From: Octopus sinensis | Taxonomy: Eukaryota | Assembly (NCBI RefSeq): GCF_006345805.1 | Contig: NC_043000.1 | Coordinates: 130,882,001-130,946,000, forward strand | DNA: 64,000 bases | Reading direction: 5' to 3' | Part shown: positions 49,178 to 62,433 of the stretch, piece after piece | Layout: the number at the start of each line of letters is the position of its first letter | How positions within the stretch are numbered: the stretch's first letter is position 1 | The notes under the pieces: model-generated | Told to the model about the DNA's origin: nothing | Databases searched by the model: none | The model's input: the letters and a program-made list of their open reading frames with translations, nothing else | Program-made: the position numbers and the translations under genes

Positions 49178-52100
49178 CTGAAGAAGCATTATAATGAAAA
49201 GCAAGAAATAGTAACTATATGGAGTAGAGTCTAAATATATGATATTATACCATATTTTATACATTTACTCAAAGATAATTGAAGGTTTGAGGCATTTATT
49301 CTATCAAACGTTAAATTTCTTAGATATAATATCGTTCAAATTGTTGGTTGTTGCTATTGTGTAGCTCCAGGTCGGGTCTGCGTGAACAGATGTATGTAAT
49401 GATAGGTGAAGTTTTGAAACAACTATTTCAAATGTTACCTTTTAGCATAAGTGTATTTATCATTTAATTATTGTTGATGCAGATTGTGTCCATAGCTTTT
49501 TTTAGACTCTACACCTGGTGAAGGAGATAGAAGTAGTGATTGACATTCACCTCTACAGGTCAGGCTGTTGTCTACAGGGAAACTGTAGGTAATTTCTGAA
49601 GATTTTAAGTATAAGAAGGAAGAAATAGGCAATGTTGTTGCAAAATCAATAGCACGACAAAAAGAAAGACAGATTTATAAAATTAGTGTCATCTGTTGTG
49701 GTATATACTTTATTGAAATGATAAAAGAGGCAGGGCTCTGATACAGGACAAATAGTCCTAACGTGTTGGTAATTTGCTTATCATCCGGTTGCCCTTTTTT
49801 CAACACATTCTACAGCGTTTTTCGATGCAGCAGCGCTACAGACCCATATTTACGAGCCATAGTAAAAATGCATTAAATAGGTAGATGAGATGTGTTGAGG
49901 ATAAGTGTTCATAACTTAATTCTTTCTTGGACCTCAAGAGTATTTGGCTTTTGGCATGCAGCTTTCGCAGTATAAGTGAACTGTAGTCTCTTTGAAATAT
50001 CATTGAGATGATAAGGTTCAGCTTTATAGAAAATTATTTTGGTTTGTTATATTTCGGAATGGTCATTTTGCCAGTTTAGCCAATAAAAACACACGCACTA
50101 TATATTTGGTGTTATTTTGCTTCATTGTTATTTATTTTTTACATTAATCTTAATCTTATTTCGGCCAGAGTTCTTTCGTCACACTCCTGTGACCGCATCA
50201 GTGGTCCTTTGCTTTCTTCTTTCTTATTTGTGTTTGATTTTCACGACCAAGAAAAAGATAAGTGTATTTTGTTGAAGTGTATTTTGTTATCTATAGTCAA
50301 TGTTTTGGTGTTGTTAACTGAAACTTGGTTGTTATGTTCCCAAAGGAGAGCAAATTCTTAGAGAATTTGCATATATTTGGAGCTAGATGTATAAATTGCT
50401 TCTGGGTAAGTTTTATGTTGAAACGAGTATCAATTTAAAAGTAATTGCAGACAGGTCATTTATGCACATGAATATCGTTCATGCAAATTATATATGTAAA
50501 GTGTTAGATACACAAATAAATCCAGAAAAAACACATGAATATATAGAATTTTACGCCTTCTTTATTGTCTCGTTTAACGCTCCTGTAGTCTTTTAGAAAT
50601 TTTATGCATTTGTATCTTTTGATGTTTATTATAGACAATATGTTTTTGCAGTCCAAGTCAGTTCTGACCGAGAAATCATTTCGGTTGCAGACATTTACTT
50701 GAACGATTTTGGCACACAGATTTGGTGGGGTACTCTAATTACACTATATTTCGTTTAACTGAGGATCACACTGTACACTTCGACATGCAGTTAAGAACTT
50801 AAATATAGCCAAGTGGATATCGTTTGTGAATGCATGTGACTCCACAAACCATGTACTGTAGACAATAAGCACAGAAACCTACAAAGACTTTTTCAACGTC
50901 AACGAAATCTCAATCAGTCAAAAACACCAAAATTTATTCAGATCTATAACAATTAGTTACTATAATGATGAGTTATTGTAAAATTGGTTGTAACTGGTTG
51001 GATCGATCTTATTACACACCTGGCATTTGTTAATTCTACCAGTGTGACGAACGGCAAAAATCAAATCAACTTCAGTGAAATTTAAACTCACATTAATTCC
51101 AGAACTCTAGAATTTCTCTTACTCCATCACCTTCTCATTATCTATAATGATATTTAGATAATCAGAAAATATTCTAAGCATTTCTAAAACATTTCTAAAA
51201 TTCACTGAAAGACCGAGTTGTTTAAATGCATTTAAATTACACAAAAATCAATATTGTTAATGGCGAACAAATTCCTTTTCAACTTTATCCAATCATTGAA
51301 GTTCATCGATGTGTGGTAAATATGCAACAAGATTTCTTTATCATTAACTACATTGATTTTGGTTTGAATTCCTTTGAAAAAAATAGGGATTTTTTTAATA
51401 CATTGCATTCGGTATTTTTCGTTGTTACAGTGGTTGCTGGAGTCACTGTTGATGATGATGATGATGATATTGGTGGCGTCGTCGTTATAATCAGGAGGAA
51501 AAGCAACTCCCATGATCATTTACAGGACCTCCGACTGCTCGCAGCAGAGTGTACTCCAATAAAAGCACCCAAGAGCCAGGTATTTCAACAGAGTAATTCT
51601 ACTATTCAAGTGGGACATGGTGGGATTTGAACCCAGAACCCCGAGAACCAGAACAAGTATCGCGTGGCGTCCATTCCAACGCCCTTACAGTTGCACTAGT
51701 CCACCACCCCTGAATTGGTACATTTTTGTCGACTCTGAAGCGAAGAAAAGCAATGTTAACTTCAGCAGGATTTTAATTCAAAGCGCATGGAGTCGGAGCA
51801 AATATCGGCTGACATTTTCTTCGACGCTCTATCGACTATACCAACTTGCGTTTTGTTTAGAAACATGTGAGTCATGATTGATGAAATCTATGAACAAGGC
51901 ATTCTTGCTGTGACTATCCTGCCTTTTCAGACATTGTTAGATTCATATAGCATTGTCGTATTTCCTGTAGATATCAAATTATTCCTAAAATGAACCAAAT
52001 AAAGAATTCGGGACTCTGGAAGTTTTGCTGCTGAAACTCAAAAACATTTTGGGGAAAATGTGGAAATGGTATTAAGAAAATTGTCTGTGATTCTCAGACT

Positions 52101-52643
52101 TGCTTTTTTTAAAGGACAGGGTGTGATTTGAAAGAACTTTGTCTGTTATATTTTGTAGGGCGAGCGACTACATAGGCATACTCCTAGCCTCGTTCAAATT
52201 TTGTTATAAAGAAGACGAGAAACTATTTTACGACATATACGGTTTTTAAAGCGTATTAGATACAAATGAAGTTATGCTTCTGCAAATATGAATTGTATTC
52301 AACGTGTAAACTGAAGACATAACTCTAGAATTACTGTTTAAATATTTGTTAATGTATGGATGAATCAGGCTCCAGTAATAAGAATTGCTTTGCAAATTGT
52401 TTGGCAACAGCTTACATTATTTACTGAAGGTATTAAATCTTATTTCAAAAAATATATGAAAATTCAGTGATTTTTCTTTTTTTTTTGCATGGCTTCTATA
52501 TTTTGAGCTGGTATTCAGAAAATGTAATTATGCAATATTTGTCTTGTGACGTGATTTCATTAAAATATTTATATTATAACGTCGTTTCATTACAAACGTT
52601 CCATTTATAGTTCCCGAAGATTATACATACATACATACATACA

Positions 52644-52674
<31 letters not shown>

Positions 52675-52779
52675 TATGTGCGTATGTGTGTGTGTGAATA
52701 CCAGGCTTAAACATTTCTGCTGGAACCGTTGACTCTAACAAATATACATATATAAACATGTATGTATAAATATAAATGT

Positions 52780-52805
52780 ATGTATGTATATATATATATG
52801 TATAT

Positions 52806-52860
<55 letters not shown>

Positions 52861-53320
52861 TAATATAGATATGTATATATGTATGCATATATATATATAT
52901 GTATACATATATATATTATATATACACATGTATATATATATCTGTGTTTATATATGTATATATACATATATGTATATATGTATACATATATATGCCTGTA
53001 TATACATATGGATATACATATATGTATGCATATATATATATGTATATATGTATATATATATATATGCATATATATGTGCATATATATATATATATATATG
53101 TATATATATGTATGTATATATGTATGTATTTATAGATATATACATATATAAATGTGCATATATATGTATATATATATATGTATGTTATGTATACATATAT
53201 ATACATGTATATGTATGTATATATATATATGTATGTGTATACATGTATGCATATATCTAAATATTATGTATATGTATATCGACCGTATATATATATATAT
53301 ATATATATATACATACATAC
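52780..53320. repeat. Degenerate (TA)n/(TATG)n low-complexity tract
   Basis: Seen directly; source of spurious YI-rich ORFs. Confidence 0.95.
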
Positions 53321-53354
53321 GCTCATATAAGATATATACATTTAGACTGAAAGA

Positions 53355-53396
<42 letters not shown>

Positions 53397-54005
53397 CAAA
53401 CTTCATAGATTACGAGGTTGTAGTAAAACAATTTTACCAGCTGTCTATGAAAAAGATAGATTTTTATGTTAGAACATAAATTTTTTATTTGAAATATTTT
53501 GCCTTGCCTGGAACACACTAGTCATTTTCCATTTCTTGCTTCTTCTTTCTTTCTGTCTTTCTTTCTTTTTTCCACCCACTCACTCTCTTTCTCTCTCTTT
53601 CTCCCTCTCTCTCTCTCTCTTTCTCTCACTCTTTCTCTCTCTCTCTCTCTCTCTCTACCGCTTCTATTCAATTGTTTTCATTCAAATTGATCTATTTAGC
53701 GTACATTCTTAGATAATATATTGATGTTTTGTTATATTTTTAACTCCTTCCTTCCTTCGGTCTTCCGTTTTCACTCTCACTTCGTTTATAACCCTTGTCG
53801 TATCATTCCATTTGCAACTTGAGAAATTTCATCATTCAAGTTGCATTCGGTTATACGCAAATGTGTATAATACAATACACGTACAGCACTTAGTTTCGAC
53901 AAAAGAATTTTTCAGCCAACATCTAATCTTCGTCTATCTCCTCCACATTTTTACTTTCATTTATTTTCCTAGCAACTCTCTCCCTCCCTCTCTTTCTCTC
54001 TCTCT

Positions 54006-54047
<42 letters not shown>

Positions 54048-54061
54048 TTGGGAATGGATAC

Positions 54062-54287
54062 TCTTTACTCTTTTACTCTTTTACTTGTTTCAGTCATTTG
54101 ACTGCGGCCATGCTGGAGCACCGCCTTTAGTCGAGCAAATCGACCCCAGGACTTATTCTTTGTAAGCCCAGTACTTATTCTATCGGTCTCTTTTGCCGAA
54201 CCGCTAAGTGACGGGGACGTAAACACACCAGCATCAGTTGTCAAGCAATGCTATAGGGACAAACACAAACACACACACACACACACA

Positions 54288-54320
<33 letters not shown>

Positions 54321-54491
54321 CATATATACGACAGGCTTCTTTCAGTTTCCGTCTACCAAATCCACTCACAAGGTATTGGTCGGCCCGGGGCTATAGCAGA
54401 AGACACTTGCCCAAGATGCCACGCAGTGGGACTGAACCCGGAACCATGTGGTTTGTTAGCAAGCTACTTACCACACAGCCACTCCTGCGTC
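54062..54491 (-). mobile_element. SINE family A (full length)
   Basis: Well-preserved head, (CA)n centre and tail. Confidence 0.9.
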
Positions 54492-54574
54492 TATGCTTGG
54501 CTTGGCTTTCAATCATATAATGATATAAATAAAATGCATATATAGGCATATATACATATATGTACATACTGACA

Positions 54575-55550
54575 TATATATGCATATATGGGTACAGTAC
54601 GTCACGAAACGAAAGCAATATGAAATACAAAAAGTAACTGTTTTTGCGAACAACAAGAGATACAAATGGAAAACAAGACAAGTAACATAAAGATTGACCC
54701 TTCATCGGTTGTCGGTTGTTTGTCTACTCCACAATACGAGCAATTCCCGGCAATATGTGCCGTCGAGAAAACAGTTGCACCCGCAAACCAAAATAAAATT
54801 GGAAATTTTACGGTGGGTCAAATTTGGTAACAAAAACAGGACAGTGAAACAAATAGTGAGGGCTGCTAAACCAGACTTAGTAAGGTGGCGAACGCTGAGG
54901 AACATTCGTTGACAGGAAAAAAGATAGGAGCGGAGACAAACAAGAATACGTCTGGTCTGTGCAACAGGCCGGAAGAAAAGAAAGATGAACATGTGTGGAA
55001 AAATAAAGATGGACGATGGTCACGTGTTAGCAACGAGAGAGTAAAGGAGAAAGACGGGGAGAGGGAGCGAGGGACAGATAGAAAACGGCGAAGGTGAGAA
55101 AAAAACTCAGAGAAAGGATGAGAGGGCAAAAAACGAAAGGGGGAGAAGGGGAGAAAAAAGAATTAGAGAAAGGGAGTGAGAAAAACGAAAGGGGAAGAGA
55201 GAGAGAGAACAATACAAAGGATAATCGCATCAAAATTATTAAGATAAGCTTACTTGGAAATGGATGTTTGGCGTTGTTTTTGGTTATCAACTTTGACCCA
55301 CCGCAAAATCTCAAACTTAATTTTGGTTTGCGGAAGCAACTGTTTTGAATTATTCAAAATGTGGAGTAGAAAAACAGCCGACAACTGATGAAGGGTCGTT
55401 CTTTATGTTACTCGTCTTGTTTTCCATTTGTTTCTCTCGTTGTTCCCAGAAAAAATTATCTTCGTATATCAGATATTTTTCGTATTCGGATTTCATGTTT
55501 TCGTATTTCATGTTCTTAAGTTTTGTGACGTCCTGTACCCATATATGCAT
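54575..55550. mobile_element. Large fold-back structure with ~265-bp diverged inverted arms
   Basis: 54575-54838 is an imperfect reverse complement of ~55277-55550; purine-rich interior. Confidence 0.7.
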
Positions 55551-55578
55551 GTGTGTGTGTGTGTGTATTTACACATAT

Positions 55579-56486
55579 GTTAGTTAGTTAATTTGGCTCA
55601 ATAGCAAATAGCAAGGCCATGTAGGGGGACATGGAGTTAAGTACAGGGTGGTGTTCATGTAAAGAGTTCAGGCCACTTGAGGTCCAGGGAGGCTTTGAAC
55701 AAAGCGGTCGTCGGCATCTTCACCATCTCGTCTGGCAGCTTGTTCCACGGATCCGCAACCCGGACGGAGAAAGCTCCTCTCCTTCGATTGAGATGAAATC
55801 GTCGCAGGTAGAGCTTTTCGGAATGACCCCGCAGCCGACGCTCTGGAGCAGGAGTGAAGAACAGCTCTTTCGAGAGGTTACACTTTCCGCTTATGATGTT
55901 GTGGGCGAGAATGAGATCACCACGGCGGCGGCGTTTTTCAAGAGAATAAAGGTCGAGCGTCCTCAGCCTTTCTTCGTAGGACAAATTTTTGAGACCATGA
56001 ACCATGCGGGTAGCCAGCTTCTGGACTCTTTCGAGATGCTGTATGTCTTTGAGGAGATAAGGAGAAGAGGCTTGAATCCCATACTCCAATATGGGTCTCA
56101 CCAGCGTGACATAGAGTGGTAGGAATATGGCTGCTGTGAGCATTCCGAATGACCGTCGAATCAAGAACAGAATTCCGCGTGCTTTGTTGGCAGCATGGAC
56201 GCACTGGGCCGAAGGCGAAAAGGAGGAATCCACCAAGATACCCAGGTCCTTTACCTGATCGGTCCTCTCCAGCAGCAGACGACTCGGCTCGAAATCAAGT
56301 TGAGTTGCAGGAGTAGAGCCGACAGGCAGATGACAGCACTTTGACACGTTCAGACACAGGTCCCAATCGTTAGACCACTTCCAAATTTGGTGGAGGCATC
56401 GACGAAGATCCTCTATATTACCGCGAGGAGCGACCAGTTTGATATCGTCGGCAAATAGAAGGGTGTGTTGCGTGAGGTGTTGCGTG
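55579..56486 (-). mobile_element. 5'-truncated CR1 LINE with an open RT C-terminal frame
   Basis: Frame open from LLFADDIKL (~56460) to the stop at 55655; VKDLGILVD, LVRPILEYG, LERVQKLATR, RRRRGDLI; (TAAC)n tail. Confidence 0.92.
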
Positions 56487-56541
56487 ACATATATTTGTCA
56501 GTATGTACATATATGTATGTATAAGCCTATATATATATTTT

Positions 56542-56579
<38 letters not shown>

Positions 56580-57832
56580 TATATATATCCCACCTCTAAT
56601 CAAGTGTACTTACATAGGTTTTAATTCTAAAATCCACAAATATTATCAACGGGAAAGAAACACTGACAAATTTTTCAATATGATTTTTTTCCGGTACATG
56701 CCAGGTATGTGTAGTAGTGTAATTCTCAATTTCGTTAATACAGGAAACTGAACAAATTGACCGTAAGCAGGTTTTACACTTCTAAGAACGAGAGTACAGT
56801 ATCCGTCAGTAGTAGCTTTAGTCATAAACGACCACGTATTTGTTTCTTCTTGTTTTTTATATGTATGACTACCTTTTGTAAGCTTTGTATCTTTAAAAAC
56901 TTCACGTTATTATATCCTAAATTTTTACTTGGTTCAGTTATTGGACTGTGGCCAGTCAAACAAATCTACTCAAGTACTTACTTTCTAAGTCTCGTGCTTA
57001 TGCTACCGACCCCTTTGTACCGATCCACTAAGTTACGTTGGTGTAAATAATCACCGGTTGTCAAGTGACAAACAACAGCAAATACACACACACACACACA
57101 CACAGAGATAGATAGGACTTCTTTCAGCTTCCATTTACTAAATAGACACGCAAGACTTTGGTTACGCAAGACTTTGGTTGACTCGGGTTTATAGTGGAAG
57201 ATTCTTATCCAAGGTACCAGGCAATAGGACTGAACCCAGAACCATTTGGTTTGGGAAGCAAACTTCATACCACACAGCCACGCCTACGCTTAGAACATTT
57301 CTTTTCGAATGCTATTTTTCAATCTATTTTTCGGATTGATTTGTAGAATCATTTATATTTTTCACTTTAGTCTAATAAATAATATGCAGTGACCCATACT
57401 TACACTTTAAATTTTACAATTTTAATTCCTTTCAATAAAGTTTCTTTAACATTTTATCTCGTTTGCAACATGAATTGATGTAAATTACTTCGCTTTACAT
57501 ACTTAAGTATTGAAAAATCGATAGTCTGGAAATTAGTTTTTATTTAGATATATAAGTACTTTATTATTTTTATCAATATATTGCTTATAAATAGTTTTCC
57601 TAAGCTTTGATAATTATTTAAATTAGTATTTTAATTAGTCACATGAATTAAGGTTATTTCTTATTATGACATTAACAAGAACTCAGCGAGGTGGCAGGAT
57701 CATCACGGTTTAGCGGCATTTCGTCCGTCTTTAGGTTCTGAGTTCAAATTCCGCCGAGGTGGACTTTGCTTTTCATACTTTCGGGGTCAATAAGATAAAT
57801 ACCAGTTAAGCACTGGGATTGATTCAAACGAC

Positions 57833-58150
57833 TTAATCCGTTTGTCTGTCCTTGTTTGTCCCCCCTGTGTTTAGCCCCTTGTGGGTAGTAAAGAAATAGG
57901 TATTTCGTCTGTCTTTAAAGGGCGGCGAGCTGGCAGAACCGTTAGCACGCCGGGCGAAATGCGTAGCCGTATTTCGTCTGCCGTTACATTCTGAGTTCAA
58001 ATTCCGCCGAGGTCGACTTTGCCTTTCATCCTTTCGGGGTCGATAAATTAAGTACTAGTTACGCACTGGGGTCGATGTAATCGACTTAATTCGTTTGTTT
58101 GTCCTTGTTTGTCCCCTCTATGTTTAGCCCCTTGTGGGTAATAAAGAAAC
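57833..58150 (+). mobile_element. SINE family B insertion (3' fragment + full copy) between 283-bp direct repeats
   Basis: Flanks 57550-57832 and 58151-58433 differ at about 11 positions by eye. Confidence 0.8.
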
Positions 58151-58999
58151 ATATAAGTATTTTAATATTTTTATCAATGTATTGCTTATAAATTGTTTTC
58201 CTAAGCTTTGATAATTATTTTAATTAGTATTTTAATTAGTCAAATGAATTAAGGTTATTTCTTATTATGACATTAACTAGAACACGGCGAGGTGGCAGGA
58301 TCATCACGGTTTAGCGGCATTTCGTCCGTCTTTAGGTTCTGAGTTCAAATTCCGCCGAGGTGGACTTTGCTTTTCATACTTTCGGGGTCAATAAGATAAA
58401 TACCAGTTGAGCACTGGGATTGATTCAATCGACCCACTTCTCCGGAATTGTTGGCCTTGAGCAAAAATTTGAAACCAATATTAACTAGAACTCTGTTATT
58501 CATAATAGACCTAACCATATTGTTTGGAAAATTCTTGACTCTTTCAGAATGTTTTTTTTTTCTTTTTGTATCTGGGGTTCTGTCTGTGTTTTTGTGATTG
58601 ATGTTCAATCTACCGGTTCTTTTTAAGAGCCTATAAACAAAATCGTATGATTTAGAACGTTATGACATTAGAGGCTTATAAGTGAAATATAGATATTATC
58701 CTTTATATTAAAATGTATTAAGACCTTTATTAGATTTTGCTTTTCACAGATATTAAAACTGCATTCTTTTTCCTCAAAATTCCTAAACTTCCTAATTGTA
58801 ACTTTCACACACACACACATACACACACACACATAAGTTCTCTTGAGTATTCCTATGCGGCGATAATACTTTAATTTCTATCAGAAAAGTATATATTCTA
58901 CAGCTCCTGATGTACTTTTAGAATTTTAAGAAAATACAGAATTATCAAAAATAATAATTCTTTTTTCTCTTCAGTTCAGATACAATTATGATTAATTAA

Positions 59000-59640
59000 A
59001 TATCATTGGTTGTCTATATTAAGTACGTTGTTATGTCATATCGAACACACTCAACTCCCATTCACGAATCTTCTCCATGCTTTCTTTATTCACTGTTATC
59101 CCAGAAACGAAGCTTTTTAAAAGGGTTTGTGTTCTCAAGAAACTGCCTACACGTATGCTCGACAAAGTCTGCCTGGTTTCCTTTCACTAGTGTTCATAGT
59201 GATTGCTGATGTACAATTTTATCTTTTCTTCGGCAACAGTGTTCCACAAAGTTCGTGATCTTGGTCTCGTATACGAGTTATTCCTCGAGACAGTTGTTGT
59301 TTATAGGACAGTGGTTTGGGGATCTACAATTGCATTGTCTTTCGTGGGTGTTTGAATATCATTGACCTTATATTGGGGAGGCAACTATAGCTTACTATAA
59401 CAGTATTTTTGTTGAAGATCTTGTGGTATTTGTGTGAATGTGGAAAGTAGTTATCTATTAGTTTTAATTTCCTAACTATGTTAGGTTGAGCCATAAGATT
59501 TTACACTGTTTGCGTCTTCTTGGTCTATTTGAATTTAATTCAGTGCTGTGCATGCTATAAAGTTGGACCTCTCTAATACAACATTACAATATAGGGCGAC
59601 ATTTTCGAAATGTTTTTACCGATGGATAACTTTGAGGCAC
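59000..59640 (-). mobile_element. Degenerate Penelope-like element (RT-to-GIY-YIG linker region)
   Basis: Minus-strand peptides KLIDNYFPHSHKYHKIFNKNTVIVSYSCLPN and CNCRSPNHCPINNNCL, typical of the PLE linker and Zn-knuckle. Confidence 0.75.
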
Positions 59641-59689
59641 GCCTCTTGATGTTAACTATTTAACTATAAAGATGTGTGTGTGTCTGTGT

Positions 59690-60019
59690 GTGTGTTATAT
59701 ATGTGTGTGTGTGTGTGTGTATGTCTGTGCGTGTGTGTATACATGTATAGGTATGTGTATATGTATATAAATATGTATATATATATATATAGGTATATAC
59801 ACACATGTATATATATGTCTGTATATACATGTATATATATAGTATATATATATATTTGAATATATAGTATATACATATAGTGTATACATATAGTATATAT
59901 ACATACATATGTATATATATACATGTGTGTATACACACACACACATATATATGCATATACACATACAGATACATGTATATATACATATATATTACATATA
60001 TATACTTATATATATATAG

Positions 60020-60070
<51 letters not shown>

Positions 60071-60090
60071 ATATATATATATAATATATA

Positions 60091-60128
<38 letters not shown>

Positions 60129-60129
60129 G

Positions 60130-60161
<32 letters not shown>

Positions 60162-60330
60162 CTGAAAATCGTATTATAGGAATAAATTGCTCGTGTATAT
60201 ATATATATATATATATATATACATACATACATATACATACATACATACATACGTACATACATACATACATACATACATACATACATACATACATACATAC
60301 ATACATACATACATACATACATACATACAT
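59690..60330. repeat. Compound (TG)/(TA)/(TACA) microsatellite
   Basis: Seen directly. Confidence 0.95.
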
Positions 60331-60877
60331 ACGAGCAATCTATTCCTATAATACGATTTTCAGTTTCACAGTCTATCGCGTAATCGGCTAATGATATTAA
60401 ACCACCTTCATTCTAAAAATGTTGAGATAACAGCCAGAAAAGTGCATTTCAAATATTTCTTGGATTAACTATGTTTCTGTATATAAATTTTCTTTTTCTG
60501 AAGATAAGCTGTTAAAAATGCGTTAAGGTATAAACATTATTTTTTCGTTTCTAGTGTATTCTATTACAGGAATATAACTTTAAGCTAAGTTATAATTTTT
60601 AAAATCGTTAAATGCTTAGATTAAATTCAATCGAAAGAAGCTATTCTACATAAAACCTTTAATTGATAGCATAAATGTAAATACGTGTTTTCAAATTTAA
60701 GGTTTTATGAAGTCTATATTGATTGTCTATCTTTGAAATTAGTGTTGTGATGTCAAATACCAGCTACAAACGGAAATTACACGTTCCTCGAATAATCGCT
60801 ATATGTATGTACAAATGTGTGTGCCTCTGTGTGTGTGCCTCTGTGTGTGTGCGTGTGTGTGTGTGCCTCTATGTGTG

Positions 60878-60909
<32 letters not shown>

Positions 60910-61084
60910 CCTCTATGTGTGTGTGTGTGTGTGTGTGTGTGAGTCAAGGCACACCTTTTGCTCTTTGCTTACTTCTAAATTTCTTGATATTACTTGTGAG
61001 AGTCGTTTGGCGTTGTGAAAGCCGTACTCGACTTAAAACCCTTGTACGGGCATAACTGACGCGTCAGCAATGGCCATGCTCGTC

Positions 61085-61470
61085 TAACGAGTAGACAGCC
61101 ATCATGCATGTATGTATGTATGTATTATGTATGTATGCATGTATGCATGTATGTATGTATGTATGTATGCATGTATGCATGTATGTATGTATGCATGTAT
61201 GTATGTATGTATATATGTATGTATGTATGCATGCATGTATGTATGTATGCATGCATGTATGTATGTATGTATGTGTGTATGCATGCATGTATGTATGTAT
61301 GTATGCATGCATGTATGTATGCATGCATGTATGTATGTATGCATGTATGTATGTATGCATTATGTATGCAAGTATGCATGTATGTATGTATGTATGTATG
61401 TATGTATGCATGTATGTATGTATGTATGCATGTATGTATGCATGTATGTATGTATGCATTATCTATGCAT
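61085..61470. repeat. (TATG)/(CATG) microsatellite
   Basis: Seen directly. Confidence 0.95.
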
Positions 61471-61627
61471 GCATTGAAAACCCGACAAAATATACTTTGA
61501 CTCTCTCGAGCGACTGACTCTTTAACTGAAATACCTTGATGATGTTCCTTTGAATGCTTTGTTCCTGTTACTCCTATGAACAGGTGTGTGTGCGTCCGTG
61601 TATACACACACAAAAACACAGGCATAT

Positions 61628-61681
<54 letters not shown>

Positions 61682-61715
61682 TATATAATATGCCTGTGTT
61701 TTTGTCACTAGTGTA

Positions 61716-61750
<35 letters not shown>

Positions 61751-61769
61751 GTATGTATGTAAAGTTAAT

Positions 61770-61965
61770 CCAAACATGAAAACACAAAGAGAAAACACAA
61801 CATCGCGAGGACGTGGAACAAGTATAGTGTTATTGGACGCTCAGGAAAGGAAAAAAAGAAGGATTTAACGTCTCGAGCGGAGCTCTTCCTCAGAAACATA
61901 AAAAAAGGAAAGATCCAAAGATGGGAAGACGGACGAAAAAAAAATCACCAACGATACACACGCGG
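61770..61965 (-). mobile_element. Small PLE-like element with a variant hammerhead motif
   Basis: Minus strand TTT-CTGAGGA-A-GAGC-TCC-GCTC-GAGAC-GTT-AAA; downstream part matches 23610-23700. Confidence 0.55.
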
Positions 61966-62014
61966 TATGTATATATATATATTTACGTATGTATTTATAT
62001 ACGCATATTATATG

Positions 62015-62229
62015 CGAGCTGACAGAACGGTTAACACGCCGGGCGAAATGCGTAGCCGCATTTCGTCTGTCGTTACGTTCTGAGTTCAAATTCCGCCGAG
62101 GTCGACTTTGCTTTTCCTCCTCTCGGGGTCGATAAATAAAGTACCAGTTTCGCACTGGGGTTGATATAATCGACGTAATCCCTTTGTCTGTCCCCTCTAT
62201 GTTTAGCCCCTTGTGGGCAGTAAAGAAAT
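62015..62229 (+). mobile_element. SINE family B
   Basis: Homologous to 18133-18361. Confidence 0.85.
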
Positions 62230-62278
62230 ATATATATATATAACATTTGCAAGACAAAATGTGTAAAGTTTAGTATGT

Positions 62279-62320
<42 letters not shown>

Positions 62321-62433
62321 TGTGTCCGTGTGTGTGCGTGCGTATGTGTATAAAGATAAAAGGAAGAGAGCACCATACCGAACAAACGATAGATACATAC
62401 ATATATGCATACATAAATATGCATACATACATA

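Noticed and set aside
45561-50405. Plus-strand exon-like segments 45561-45626 and 50297-50405
   Set aside because: Good splice consensus but no coherent coding frame; chance matches are plausible in AT-rich DNA.
42530-58433. Two unrelated duplications both have a 601-bp period
   Set aside because: Different sequence, unit length and divergence; the third duplication has a 1334-bp offset. Treated as coincidence, though long reads could exclude an artefact.
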